From: the human T2T-CHM13v2.0 reference genome, Homo sapiens | Length of the DNA: 64,000 nucleotides | Direction: 5' to 3' (one strand) | Assembly: GCF_009914755.1 (NCBI RefSeq) | Contig: NC_060940.1 | Shown: in pieces, positions 1 through 19,420 of the stretch | Numbering within the stretch: the stretch's first letter is position 1 | Layout: each line of letters opens with the position of its first letter | Made by a program: the position numbers and the translations under genes | The notes under the pieces: generated by a model | Database searches by the model: none | What the model was told of the DNA's origin: nothing | What the model saw: only the letters and a program-made list of their open reading frames with translations

Positions 1-101
1 CACGCCTGTAATCCCAGCACTTTGGGAGGCCAAGAAGGGTGGATCACCTGAGGTCAGGAGTTTGAGACCAGCCTGGCCAATATGGTGAAACTCCATTTCT
101 A

Positions 102-323
<222 letters not shown>

Positions 324-1032
324 TCAAATATAAATGTGTATATATATACATACATACATACATACATATATGCATGTATGTATGTGTGTGTATATATACA
401 TATATAGGGAGAGAGAGAGAGAGAGAGCGGGGGAGGGAGGGAGGAGGGAGACTTCAGAGGGGAAGGACAGGCGATGCAGCAGAGGCCATTGGCATCTCAG
501 GGGCCACCCGCTGGTGCAGATGGTGACCAGACCCCCATGCCCTCTTGCCTGCTGGTGCTGTGTAGCCTCCACGGAACTTAAACCCACCCTGAAAAAGGCT
601 AGGAGGAGCCAGATGGATTGAATTTCTTCCACCTGGCACAAAGGGAGCTTAAAATAAAAGTTACATTTTATAAAGTCTATGAAGTTCTATAAGATTTTAC
701 AAAGTTGATAAATTTTCTAAAGTTATAAAGAAATAAAATTCTGTTTCTTCCCTGCACCTCAATTTGTGCTCAAGGGCTCTGAAATCTCTAGATCTATACA
801 CACATCAATAGCTTTTCTCATATTCTAGCAACAGAGTAGAGAAAACAGGAAGAGAAAACAAAAAATATTCCAATCATAATACCACCGAAAGGAAAATGCC
901 TAGGAATAAATTTAAGTAGAAAGGCACAGGACCTACAGAAAGAAAACCTTAAAATCTTATGAAAGACATAAAACAAAATGTGAACAAATGTAAAGGGATG
1001 TTCCTGCATGGGAAGATCTTATATAGGGGTTA

Positions 1033-1218
<186 letters not shown>

Positions 1219-1612
1219 TCACTTGAGCCCAGGAGTTTGAGGCTGCAGTAAGCAATAATTACACCACTGCACTCCAACATGGGTAACACAGTGAGACCCT
1301 GTCTCTAAAAACAAAAACAAAACAAAACAAAACAAAACAAAATCCAAAAAGCAAACAAAAAATTTTCCCCAACAAAACAAAAAACTCCCAAAAAAACAAC
1401 AAAAAAATTCTCCCCAAATTAAAATATAAGTATAATATAATTCTTTTGATCCAAGGTTTTAAAAATTGGCTAAAATAAAGATTATATGCAAGAATGAATG
1501 CTTGATGTGCTTATTTCACATTGCATGCCTGTATCAAAACATCTCAGGTACCCCATACATATATACACCTACTATGTACCCATAAAAATTAAAGATAAAA
1601 AATTTGAAATAA

Positions 1613-1893
<281 letters not shown>

Positions 1894-2404
1894 TGATCTC
1901 CTGACCTCGTGATCCACCCACCTTGGCCTCCCAAAGTGCTGGGATTACAGGTGTGAGCCACCGTGCCCAGCCGGAAAGGGGCTTATTTTTACTAGATATC
2001 AGAACATACTGCAAAACTACAGCATCAATATAATTTTAGCACAGGAATTGACAAATAAATAAATATACAAGTTGGATTAAACAGAGAATCCAGAAATAAA
2101 TATCAATATATATGATAATTTAATAAATGTCAAAGATGATATTTTTATTATTTATTTATTTATTTAGAGATAGGGTCTTGCTCTGTCACCCAGGCTGGAG
2201 TGCAGTGACATGATCATAGCTTGCTGCAGCCTCAAATTTGGGCTCACACAATCCTCCCACATCAGCTTCTCAAGTAGCTGGGACTACTGGTGCTCGCCAC
2301 CACACTCAGCTAAAGATGATAGTTTAATTCATTGGACTATTTGATGAATCCTTGGCATAATTTTCTATCTATCAGGAAGAAATAAAATTTATTTCTTATA
2401 TCAC

Positions 2405-3346
<942 letters not shown>

Positions 3347-3829
3347 TAAAGGTAAATATGAAAAATAAGACAATAAAGTTCTCTGAGGATGGTTTACAAT
3401 ATTACATGAACTATCTAGGAGCTAGGAGACGGGAAAATTTATTTTGTATTTTATAGTAAACTTTTTGTTGAAGTATAGCATACCTACAGAAGGTACAAAA
3501 ATCACAGGTCCTATAGTGAACACATCTGTTTGACTGTGATTGTTTGTGTTCTGTTTTTTGTGCACAGATCAACAAACAGAACTTGAGCAACTCCCCCAGA
3601 AAGTTCCTTGTGCCCTGTTTCAAGAGTAACCTCTACCTGGACTTCTTACACCACAGATTATTTTTGTCTGTTTTTGATCTTTATATAAATGGAATCATAC
3701 AGCATGTGCTCTTCAATGTCTGGCTTCCTTTTTAGTATTATTTTTGTGAGATGTGTAGCTGTAGTTCATTCTCATTGCAGTATAGCATTACTTTGTATGA
3801 ATATGCCACAATTTATTTATTCATTCTAA

Positions 3830-5291
3830 TTTTTTTTTAACTTTTATCCTAAGTTCAGGTGTACAAGTGCAGGTTTGTTCCATAAGTAAATTTGTGTCAT
3901 GGGGGTTTGCTGTACAGATTATTTCATCACCCAGGTATTAAGCCTAGTACCTATTAGTTATTTTTCCTAAACCTTTGCCTCCTCCCACCCTCCACTGTTT
4001 CAGGAAGTCAGGGACCCCGAACGAAGGGACCAGCTGGAGCCGTGGCACAGGAACATAAATTGTGAAGATTTCATTTCAATAGGGACATATATCAGTTCCC
4101 CAAATTATACTTTTATAATTTATTATGCCTGTCTTTACTGCAATCTCTTAACATAAATTGTGAAGATTTCATTTTAATATGGACATTTATCAGTTCCCAA
4201 AATTAATACTTTTATAATTTCTTATGCCTCTCTTACTTCAATCTCTTAATCCTGTTATCTTCGTAAGCTGAGGATGTACGTCACCTCAGGACCACTATTG
4301 TGTTAACTGTACAAATTTATTGTAAAACATGTGTGTTTGAACAATATGAAATCAGTGCACCTTGAAAAAGAACAGAATAACAGTTGATTTTCAGGGAACA
4401 AGAGAAGACAACCATAGGGTCTGACTGCTTGTGGGGTTGGGCAGAATACAGCCATATTTTTCTTCTTGCAGAGAGGCTATAAATGGATGTGCAAGTAGGG
4501 AAGATATCACTAAATTCTTTTCCCAGTAAGGAATATTAATAATTAATACCCTGGGGAAGGAATGCATTCCTGGGGGGAGGTCTATAAAGGACCTCTCTGG
4601 GAGTGTCTGTCTTACGTGGTTGAGAGAAGGACTGAAATACGCCCTGGTCTCCTGCAGTACCCTCAGGCTTATTAGGGTGGGGAAAAACCCCATCCTGGTG
4701 ATTTTGGGGTCAGACCGCTTCTCTGCTCTCGAACCCTGTTTTCTGTTAAGATGTTTATCAAGACAATATGTGCACAGCTGAACATAGACCCTTATCAGGA
4801 GTTTCTGATTTTGTCCTTGTCTTGTTTCCTCAGAAGCATGTGATCTTTGTTCTCCTTTTTGCCCTTTGAAGCATGTGATCTTTGTGACCTACTCTCTGTT
4901 TGTACACCCCCTCCCCTTTTGAAATTCTTAATAAAAACCTGCTGGTTTTGCGGCTCAGGTGGGCATCACGGTCCTACCGACACATAATGTCACCCCCGGA
5001 GGCCCAGCTGTAAAATTCCTCTCTTTCTACTCTTTCTCTTTATTTCTCAGCCAGCTGACACTTACGGAAAATAGAAAGAACCTACGTTGAAATGTTGGGG
5101 GCAGATTCCCCTGATACTCCACCCTCCAAAAGGCCCCAGTGTGTGTCATTCCCCTCTATCTGTTCTCACTTATAAGTGAGAACATGCAGTATTTGGTTTT
5201 CTGTTGCCGTGTTAGTTTGCTAAGGATAATGGCCTCCAGCTCCATCCATGTCCCTGCAAAGGACATGATCTTGTTCTTTTTTATGGCTGCA
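3830..5291 (-). mobile_element. L1PA13-15-like 3' end, split by MER11
   Basis: aagttcaggtgtacaagtgcaggtttg...cctcccaccctccac, then MER11, then cctccaaaaggccccagtgtg...ttttatggctgca. Confidence 0.8.
3996..5116 (+). mobile_element. MER11 solo LTR (HERV-K11/HML-8)
   Basis: Begins TGTTTCAGGAAGTCAGGGACCCCGAACG, ends TTCCCCTGATA; perfect 6-bp TSD CTCCAC (3990-3995 and 5117-5122); TATAAA at 4583, AATAAA at 4930; internal ~98-bp tandem duplication. Confidence 0.92.
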
Positions 5292-7041
5292 CCATTGTAG
5301 TGTTGATGGGCATTAGTTTTTTTCCCCACCAGTTTTTGGCTTTTATGACTAGTTCTATGAATATTCTTGTACTATTTTATTTTATATTTATTTTTAGAGA
5401 TAAAGTCTCATTCTGTCACCCAGGCTGAAGTGCGGCAGGTCGATCATAGCTCACTGCAGCCTCCAACTCCTGGGCTCAAGTGATCCTCCTGCCTCAGCTT
5501 CCCAAACAGCTGGGACTACAGGTGCGTGCCACCACCATGCCTGGCTAATTATTTTATTGTTTTGTAGAGACAGAGGTCTCGCTATGTTGCCCAGGCTGGT
5601 CTCAAACTCCTGGCCTCAAGTGATCTTTCTGCTTCAGCCTCCTAAAGTGCTGGGATTACAGGCAGGAGCCACTGTGCCCGGCTGTACATGTCTGTACATG
5701 AACATATCTATGCATTTCTGTTGGGTATATACTTAGCAGCAAAATTTTTGGGTCATGGGAAATGTGTATGTTCTGCTTCAGAACATTTTGCCAAACAATT
5801 TTCTAAACTACCAGATTGCACTTGGTGGTGGTGGTGGGGAATTTCTTATGCAATATAGAAAATATAGAAGCTTTAAGAAAAAATGATACACATGATATAT
5901 ATAAAAATTTAAAACTTTAGAATAGACACCATAGACAAACATCAGATTAGAAAAAATATTGGCAACATGGAAGATAAGTAAAGGATTAACATCTATTATA
6001 TACAAACTGTTCCTATAAATCGACAAGAAAAAGACAAACAACCAAAAAATATGCAAAGTCTATGAATAGGCTCTTACATAATATCAATTCCACACATGTG
6101 AAAATGTGCTCAAAATCACTAGCAGTCAGAGAAATGTAAAAACAAGATTAAAAAAGTAACAGCAAGTATATCACTTTATGCCCATAAATTTGCAAAAATT
6201 AAAAAGAAGTCTGCGGGAATAAAAGAATATTGAAAATTGCTGAAGCTGAGCCATGCGTTTTTGGAGGTTCATCATACTATTCTGTTTGCATTCAAAATGT
6301 TTGAAAATGTCCATAAGATAAAGAAAAGAAGAAAAAAATTAGCCGAGCTTGGTGGCGTGTGCCTGTAGTCCCAGCTACACAGGAGGCTGAAGCAGGAGGA
6401 TCACTTGAATCCAGGAGTTTAAGGTTGCAGTGAGCTATGATTGCGTCACTACACTCCAGCCCGGACGACAGAGCAAGATATTGTTTAAAAAAAAATAAAC
6501 AAATTAGTAAAAAGAACAAGAACAAGAAAAGGAAACCCAAACAAACAAAAAAGAAGGCTAAACCTATTGCAGTCAGAGAAGAGCACAGTCACACGTGGTA
6601 CTAGTGGAAATGTAAATTGTTACAGACTTATTTGGTTATTTTGTTTTTGTTTTTTAAAAAATGTTTTGTAGAGATGGGGATCTTGCTATATTGTCCAGGC
6701 AAGAAACTCGAACTCCTGGCCTCAAGCAATACTCCTGCCTCAGCCAATACATAACTCCTTTGACCTGGAAACCCCACTCTCGGGGATAAAAATAAAAGCA
6801 CCAGGTTTATAATGGTAGAAATATCAATGTGCTTACTGTAGCATTGTTCTTAGTGACAAACAAGTGGAAACAATGAAAGTATCCTTCAGTTGAGAAATAG
6901 CTGACTAAAGGCCATTGTGGATGGATCACTTGAGGCCAGGAGTTCGAGACCAGCCTGGCCAACATGCTGAAACCCTGTCGCTACTAAAACAAAAATCAAA
7001 ACAAAATTAGCCAGGTGTGGTAGCGCACACCTGTAGTCTCA

Positions 7042-7152
<111 letters not shown>

Positions 7153-7255
7153 CTAAATAAATAAATAAATAAGAAATAGTTGACTGAACTATATAACATC
7201 TGCAATTTGGAGTATTATGCAGCTATTAAAAATAATATATTAGAGGCCAGGCTCA

Positions 7256-7668
<413 letters not shown>

Positions 7669-7888
7669 TTACTTGTGCCCAGGAGTTTGAGACCAGCCTA
7701 GGCAACACAGTGATACCCTGTCTCTACAAAAAATTTAAAAAATTAGCCAGGTGTGGTGGCATGCATCTGTGGTCCCAGTTACGTGGGAGGCTGAGGCAGG
7801 AGGATTGCTTGAGCCCAGGAGGTCAAGGCTGCAGTGAGCTGTTTGTGTTACTGCACTCCAGCCTGAGTGACAGAGCGAGTCCCTGTCT

Positions 7889-7930
<42 letters not shown>

Positions 7931-8917
7931 GAGTTACAGTCATTGACTTGGAAGAATTTCTTTGAGTCACATTGAGAATTGCAAGATGAGAAAACAACCT
8001 TATAGGAACTTATTTTTGTAAAACTTTGCAATATGTTTGTAAGTTATTTTATATGAGCATGGAGAAAAATACAGAATGTAATATACTGGTTTGTTAACAG
8101 GGGTTTTGTGGTAGGCTGGAGGGAGTGTTATACTAATGAAGGAATGAAACCAGCAAAAAAGAAAGAAAAAAGCTACTAAAAAATAGAAAATACTCTCATT
8201 ATGTATCCCATTTATATAAAGTTGGATGTATCTATGTGATATGCATGTATGCACTGATTTGCATATATGTCCTTGACCAAATGAAAGAGCTGTTTATATT
8301 ATTATGCAGAAATGTTTTTTAAAAAACAACTTTGGGGACAGTGTCTCTCTCTGTCTCCCAGGCTCAAGTGTGCCCAGGCCGGTCTCGAGCTCCCAGCCTC
8401 AAGAAATCAGCAATCCTCCTGCCTCAGCCTCCCAAAGTGTTGGGATTACAGGCGTGAGCCACCACTCCTGGCCTGGAGCAGTTTTAATTCCCATGTTCAC
8501 ATACCCTGCCAGTTCTGCACATCATAAATTCAGTGGATTGGAATGTCTTTGGAAACAAAATGAGGGTCTTCCTTTTATCCTCCTCAAAAGAGTCACTGTT
8601 GCTGCACATATGTGATTTACTTAATTGCTAAGTAATTTTCAAGGAAGGTTTTCTTGTCTCCATTTCACAGATGAGCAAACTAAGTTTCATAGAGGTTAAG
8701 TAATTTGTCCAAGTTTACAAAGCTAGTAAGTGATGCGGCTGTGATTCAAACTTAGGTCTGTTGGACTCCTGAGTCTGCGAGCTTAATCTCTATGTTCTAT
8801 TTCCTTCCTCCTATTTTCCCCCTGATGTTTTCCCATGGTTTGCTTCTTCTAGATCATGGTGGTGTGAACTAATGAGCCGATTAAGGTTTAGGCTTCAAAT
8901 AAAGGAGCCATTGGTAA

Positions 8918-9290
<373 letters not shown>

Positions 9291-9323
9291 TGAGCCACTG
9301 CGCCTGGCCTGTTGTTTTTTTGA

Positions 9324-9746
<423 letters not shown>

Positions 9747-10060
9747 TTAACGTCGGAAGAAGGCCAGAAGTCCTGCGGGACTGGGTTTCAGAGGCGGAGT
9801 CCTGCAGATTTCTGTTTTGCCTCACGAGAGGCCTCTAATGGTAACATTTCAAACTGCAGGCTCATGATTCCATTGGAATGACAAAAGCAAGCCAAGGGTT
9901 CCAAGCTGTTGCAAGTATTGGTTACCCACGGAGAAGGGAGAGTGGGGAAGAAACAGGGTAGTAACTCGGCGGAGGCTTGAGGGAGGCTCCTGGGGGATCT
10001 AACTGCATTATGTTTCTTGATACAGATGCAGGGGGCATGAACACTTTATTGACTGATTGA

Positions 10061-10177
<117 letters not shown>

Positions 10178-10219
10178 TAGCTGGGACTACAGGCGCATGC
10201 CACCCTGTCCAGACATCAT

Positions 10220-11065
<846 letters not shown>

Positions 11066-11195
11066 CTACTAGTACATCATAAGTGATACTCAAATAAAAG
11101 GTTAAAAACCAATGAAGAAGCGGATACATGGATTTATGCCCTTATGGTAAAAATATGAGGGATTTCATACACAATGCTTTTGTTTAATTTTCTTA

Positions 11196-11351
<156 letters not shown>

Positions 11352-11383
11352 TCAAACCATGGTTCTACATGTCTGTGGTCTCA

Positions 11384-11518
<135 letters not shown>

Positions 11519-11611
11519 TTACTAAAACAAGCAAAACCTTGCATCTCAGCCTCAAGCTTGCTGAGCAACCACCCCATTGAGCAGAATCTCTGCAGAGTCA
11601 AATAAGTTGCC

Positions 11612-12010
11612 TTGCGTAGTAGACACAGTGGGATCCCACCCCCATTTCCCAGCTGCAGTGAGTGTTGGCTGTTTACAGCCCATAGCCGTCTCCCTTCCTC
11701 AGAACATTGCCCTGGGATGATGCAAGCTGCCTCTCCTGGAAGCTACCCAATCCTGTGGTCCTCAGAAAAGCCCCGCCCCTGTTCTCCAGGAAGAACCTTT
11801 CTGCACTATAGCCTATGCCCTACAAACCCTCACTGATCAGACCAAGGCTAGACTTTTCCTGAGACCACATCTTTGCTCCATCTCTCTCCCTGCCTCACCC
11901 TGTTTCCCTTTTCTCCCTTATGTTTGTTTCCAGAAGAAATAAATGAATAAACCCTATGCATCGGAAGCCCTATCTCAGGCTTTGCTTCCAGAGGAATCAA
12001 GCTAAAATAC
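11612..12010 (+). mobile_element. LTR16-family (ERVL) LTR
   Basis: 3' end aataaa...ctatctcaggctttgcttccagaggaatcaagctaa is typical of LTR16. Confidence 0.55.
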
Positions 12011-12328
12011 CCTGGTTTGGCGGGATGTGGTGCCTCATGCCTGTAATCCCAGCACTTTGGGAGGCCAAGGTGGATGGATCACTTGAGGTCAGGAGTTTGA
12101 GACTAGCCTGGCCAACATGGCGAAACCCCATCTCTATTAAAAATACAAAAATTAGGCTGGGTGCAGTGACTCATGCCTGTAATCCCAGCACTTTGAGAGG
12201 CCGAGGCGGGTGGATCACGAGGTCAGAGGTTCGACACCAGCCTGGGCAACATGGAGAAACCCCGTCTCTACTAAAAATACAGAAATTAGCTGGGTGTGGT
12301 GGCGTGTGCCTGTAATCCCAGTTACTCA

Positions 12329-12730
<402 letters not shown>

Positions 12731-12799
12731 TCAAGTGGGCTAAATTTCTGCAAATCATTTCTCTTCTGGCTAATGAGGGCTGGGAGTTGTTTCTGGTGC

Positions 12800-12925
12800 A
12801 CAGCCTGGGAACTTATTACAAATTCCTGGTCCCACCCCAGATCTATTGAGTCAGGAACCAGCCATTTGTGCCTTAGCAAATCCTCCAGGCCATTCTGATG
12901 CATCCTAGAGTTGGAGAACTACCAG
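12800..12925. mobile_element. MER5A-like fragment
   Basis: aaattcctggtcccaccccaga...ttctgatgca...ttggagaactac. Confidence 0.55.
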
Positions 12926-14188
12926 TCTAAGTGTGATAAAATATTATTCTCTGAGTGGGGAGATGCAACACCCAGGGAACAGACTTATCCCTCCACCTCT
13001 CCCCTAGAACAAGGGGGTTAACTTCTTGATGGAGGATTTCTCCCAGTTCACAGGTGGGGAAATGAGGACAATTGGCATCTTGGAAAAACCAAAAGCAAGA
13101 AAGCTTTCCCTCTTTTCTTTTTTTAAAAATAATATTTATTACCCTACATGGTTTCTCCTCTCTCTCTCTTTTTTTTTTTTTTTTTTTGAGACAGTCTCAC
13201 TCTGTCACCCAGGCTGGAGTGCAGTGGTATGTATCTTGGCTCACTGCAACCTCTGCCTCTTGGGTTCAAGTGATTCTCCCACCTCAGCCTCCCCGGTAGC
13301 TGGGATTACAGGTACAAACCACCACATCCAGTTAATTTTTGTATTTTTAGTAGAGACAGGGTTTCACTATGTTGGCCAGGTTGGTCTTTAACTCCTGACC
13401 TCAAGTGATCTGCCCGCCTCCACCTCCCAAAGTGCTGGGATTACAGGCATGAGCCACTATGCCTGGCTTTTTTTTTTTCCTTCTATCTCTCCATCTATAC
13501 ACTTTTCCTTAGCTGACAATAGCAACATTATTTTAGACTTTGAGATCTTGAATCTTGCTCTTGGGTTGGGAAATGCTACTTTAAGAAAGAATCAGTGCTT
13601 TGATTTTAACTAGCTGCAATGGTCATCTTTGGTTCTGATATTTGCTTGTATTTTCTAAATTTGGGGGTGTGTAACTGGTCCTGAGATATCCTTGTGAGTT
13701 CTGTTGACTTCTAGAATTTTGGAAAGGTGAGACATGCTGAACTGAATAACCCAATTCTACAGGCCTCGAAGGACTCACATGATCCACCGACCTATCTGAA
13801 TGAGCTCTTTCAGTCTATCAAGATGGGCCAGGTGCAGTGTCTCATGTCTGTAATCCCAGCACTTTGGGAAGTCAAGGTGGGAGGATGGCTTGAGCCCAGG
13901 AGTTCAAGACCAGCCTGGGCAACAAAGCAAGATCTCATCTCTGCTAAAAAAAAAAAAAAAAGACTGAGCATGGAGGTACACACCTGTGGTCCCAGCTACT
14001 CAGGAGGTTGAGGTGGGAGGATTGCTTGAGCTGGGGAGGTTAAGACTGAAGTGAGGACTATGATCACCACTGCACTCCAGCCTGGGCAACAGAGTGAGAC
14101 CCTGTTTCAAAAAAAAAAAAAAAATGAGATGGCGAAGAATGACAGAGGGTAGAGAAGAATAATATAACAGGCGAAGTGTGGTGGCTCA

Positions 14189-14530
<342 letters not shown>

Positions 14531-14784
14531 CTATGGGCCAGGCACTGTACAAAGAGCCTTGCATACATAGTGTCATATATTTCTCACAACAATCCTACAA
14601 GGTAACTACTACTATTATCCCCATTTCATCTATGACCAAATTGAGTCACAGAAAAGGTTCGGAGAAGTTTAGAGTTAACTTTCCCTAGACACACAACTTG
14701 TAAGCTAAATTATAGAAACAGGTGCGGGGTGCGGTGGCTTATGCCTGTAATCCCAGCACTTGGGAGGCTGAGGCAGGCAGATCA

Positions 14785-15039
<255 letters not shown>

Positions 15040-16430
15040 TTATAGAACCAGGCAGGCCAGTCTCAACAACAACAACAACAACAACAACAACAAAACCAGG
15101 GCCAGGCATGGTAGCTCACACCTGTAATCCCAGCACTTTGGGAGCCCGAGGGGGAGGATTGCCTGAGCCCAGTAGTTCAAGACCAGCCTAGGCGACATGG
15201 TGAGACCCTGTGTCTAAGAAGAAAAATAAATAAATAAATAAAATAAAGAGCCAGACTTTGAACCTTGGTGATCTGACTTCAAATCTGAAGTTCTTAACCT
15301 CTGTGCTATATTGCATTTCAGAGAAAATCCTTTGGACATGTTTTTGTTTTGTTTTGTTTTGTTTTCTTTTCATTTCCTTAGGATGGAATGATTTGGCTGT
15401 GAGTTTTAGATTTCGGTGGAAGCACGAAACTGATGATAATAGTGGTAACATTTGCAGGGTGGTGGCTTATTTCGGATCATGGAACTGTCTACTTAGGCTC
15501 TGGGATTATCCTGGGTGCATTGCCTAATCCTGCAGACTAGATCCCAGGTGTGGGTGGATCCCCTCATAGAACATTATTTGAAATGGGAACTGGATTGGAG
15601 GTGAGTTCTTGGCTGTGTGTCATAGTGTGGCTGAAACTGAAGCAATGAGCTCACTCACTTTAGAAGTCTTTGGAAGCAACAATAAAGATGGCCGGGCACA
15701 GTAGCTCACACCTGTAATCCCAGCACTTTGGGAGGCCGAGGCAGGCAGATCACCTGAGGTCAGGAGTTCAAGACCAGCCTGGCCAACATGGGGAAACCCC
15801 GTCACTACCAAAAATACAAAAATTAGCCCGGCGTGGTGGTGGGCACCTGTAATCCCAGCTACTTGGGAGTCTGAGTTAGGAGACTGGCGTGAACCTGGGA
15901 GGCGGAGGTTGCATTGAGCCAAGATTGTGCCACTGCACTTCAGCCTGGCCGACAGAGTGAGACTCCATCTGAAAACGAAACAAAACAAAACAAAACAAAA
16001 AAACCCAGTAAAGAGACACTCGTAAGGTCCTCAAGGGTCTGCCCGTGGGTTTTGTCAGAACTCACAGTAGCTCTCCAGACTACAGTCAGAATAGTTCTAT
16101 TCTGGCAATTCTCCCTTGCAACTCTGGCTCTCTGGCTCTCTGGCTGACAAGAGGTTTGGCTTTTGTTTTGTTTGTTTTGAGACAGGGTCTTGTTCTGTCG
16201 CCCAGGCTGGAGCGCAGTGGCGCTGTCTTGGCTCACTGCAATCTCTGCCTCCTGGATTCAGGCGATTCTCTTGCCTCATCCCCCCACATAGCTGAGATTA
16301 CAGGCCCATGCCATCCCGCCTTGCTAATTTTTGTATTTTTAGTGGAGACGGGGTTTCGCCATGTTGGCTAGGCTGGTCTTGAACCCCTGACCTCAAGTGA
16401 TCCACCTGCCTTGGCCTCCCAAAGTGCTGA

Positions 16431-16589
<159 letters not shown>

Positions 16590-17278
16590 TGAGACTATAG
16601 GTGCACACCACCACGGCCGGCTAATTTTCGTATTTTTTTTAGTAGAGACAGGTCTTGCTATGTTGCCCAGGCTGATCTTGAACTCCTGGGCTCAAGCAAT
16701 CCTTCCACCTCGGCCTCCCAAAGTGCTGGGATTACAGGCATCAGCCACCATGCCTGGCTAGAGGCTTAGTGTTAAGTCTTTTATTTACCTGGAGAAAGTG
16801 TGAAGAGGAATGTTGGCCTCTAGGGAAGACCCCTTTCCATCCGTGGCCTCCTGAGGGGCCATTCAAGGTGTTAGGGAAAGTTTGGACTCTGGCTTGATGG
16901 TTTCGTTTTTGTTTTTTCTCTTTCACAGCTTTGAATGGTTCCTCTCTTCTCTCTCGAGGCTGGTGTGGCAGAAAGATCTGGGGCTGTTTCCTGCTATGTG
17001 TGTGTGTGTGTGCGTGTGTGTGTGTGTGTGGTTCAGAAGGGTTTGGTTCTAAGTAGATCTTTGGAAAATCTTTCCTCATTAAATTGGTGACATTAACCCA
17101 GAGGAGCCAATTAAAGGCCTAATGCAAAACCTACTTCCAGCGGGGGGCAGTAGAGTGTAGCAGTTAAACATGTGGGCTTCGCTTCTGTATTTGGGTTTGA
17201 AACTGGCTTCAACCAGTAGTTGCCACGCATTTGTGATTACACGCCTCTTTCAGTGAGAAATTTTTGAACCTGCACCCT

Positions 17279-17320
<42 letters not shown>

Positions 17321-18239
17321 TTTATAAGTTGTACGCATAATTCTGGTCCTATTTGTTATATCATAAAACATAATAAAATTGAAATTAAGAATGAAAAAAT
17401 AAAATGAACTCTTAAAATGCTTTATCGAGGCATAATTGACAATGAATTGCACATATAAAAGAGCATGATTTGAGAAGTTTTGATATATATATACACATAC
17501 ACACACACACCTATGAAACCATGACACAATCAAGATAGTGAACACACCCATCAGACCCAAAGGTTTTCTTTGCCTCTCTGTAACTACTCCTCACCTGTTT
17601 CTGCTCTTCTATCCCTGAGTAACCACCAATCCGCTTTCTGTCACTATAAATTAGTTTGCATTTTGTAGAGTTTTGTATAAATGGCATTGTACACTATGGA
17701 TTATTTTCTTGTCTGGCTTCTTTCACTCGGCATAATTATTTTGAGTTTCAAGCTAATTATGGATGAAATTAAGGATGAAATAATGATGGAGTTAATTATT
17801 AAAAATACTGTTTTATTTTGTTTGTTTGTTAATGGTAGAAAATATTTGTGCTTTCAAATTGTAGATTTTTTTTTTTTTCAATTTGAGATACAGTCTTGCC
17901 CTGTTGCCCAGGCTGGTGTGATCATGGCTCACTGCAGCCTCGACCTCCCAGGCTCAAGTGAATCCTCCCACCTCAGCCTCCCAAGTAGCTGGGACAACAG
18001 GCAAGTTCCACCAAGCTCCGCTAATTTTTAAAGTTTTTTTTTTTTTTTTTTTATACAGATGGAGGTCTTGCTATGTTGCCCACACTGGTCTCAAACTCCT
18101 GGACCCAAGTGATCCTTCCACCTCAGCCTCCCAAAGTCCTGGGATTACAGACATGAGCCACCACACCCAGCATATAGAGATTTGTCTTTATGTCCTGGAT
18201 ACTAGTTTTTTTCTTTTACATTAGATTGAATTTTTTTAA

Positions 18240-18467
<228 letters not shown>

Positions 18468-18676
18468 TGATTCACCCGCCTCTACCTCCTAAAGTGCTGG
18501 GATTACAGGCGTGAGCCACCGCGCCTGGCCTAATTTAATTTCTGAGTAAGTAATACATTCACATGGTTTCAAACCTAACCATATGAAAACATACAAAGTG
18601 TGAACTCTCTCTAACTGTTGCTCCCTATTCATCTAAATGCACCATGCCCTCCCACATTCCTAAATAAGTTTCTTAG

Positions 18677-19126
<450 letters not shown>

Positions 19127-19184
19127 TAGCTTTTTCATGTGACATATCTTGGAGATCTTCCTATATGAGTTTGTAGAAAGGTTT

Positions 19185-19420
19185 CTCCCTTCCTTCTTTC
19201 TTGCCTTCCTCTCCTTCCTTCCTTCCTTTCTTCCTTCCATCCTTCCTTCCCTCCTTCCATCCTTCCTTCCTTCCCTCCTTCCTTCCCTCCTTCCTTCCTT
19301 CCTTCCTTCCTTCCTTCCTTCCTTCCCTCCCTCTCTCCCTCCCTCCCTCCATCCCCCCCTCCCTCCCTCCCTCCCTCCCTTCCTTCCTTCCTTCTTTCCT
19401 TCTTCTCTCTCCTTCCCTCT
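19185..19420. repeat. (TTCC/CTCC)n polypyrimidine microsatellite
   Basis: Read directly. Confidence 0.95.
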
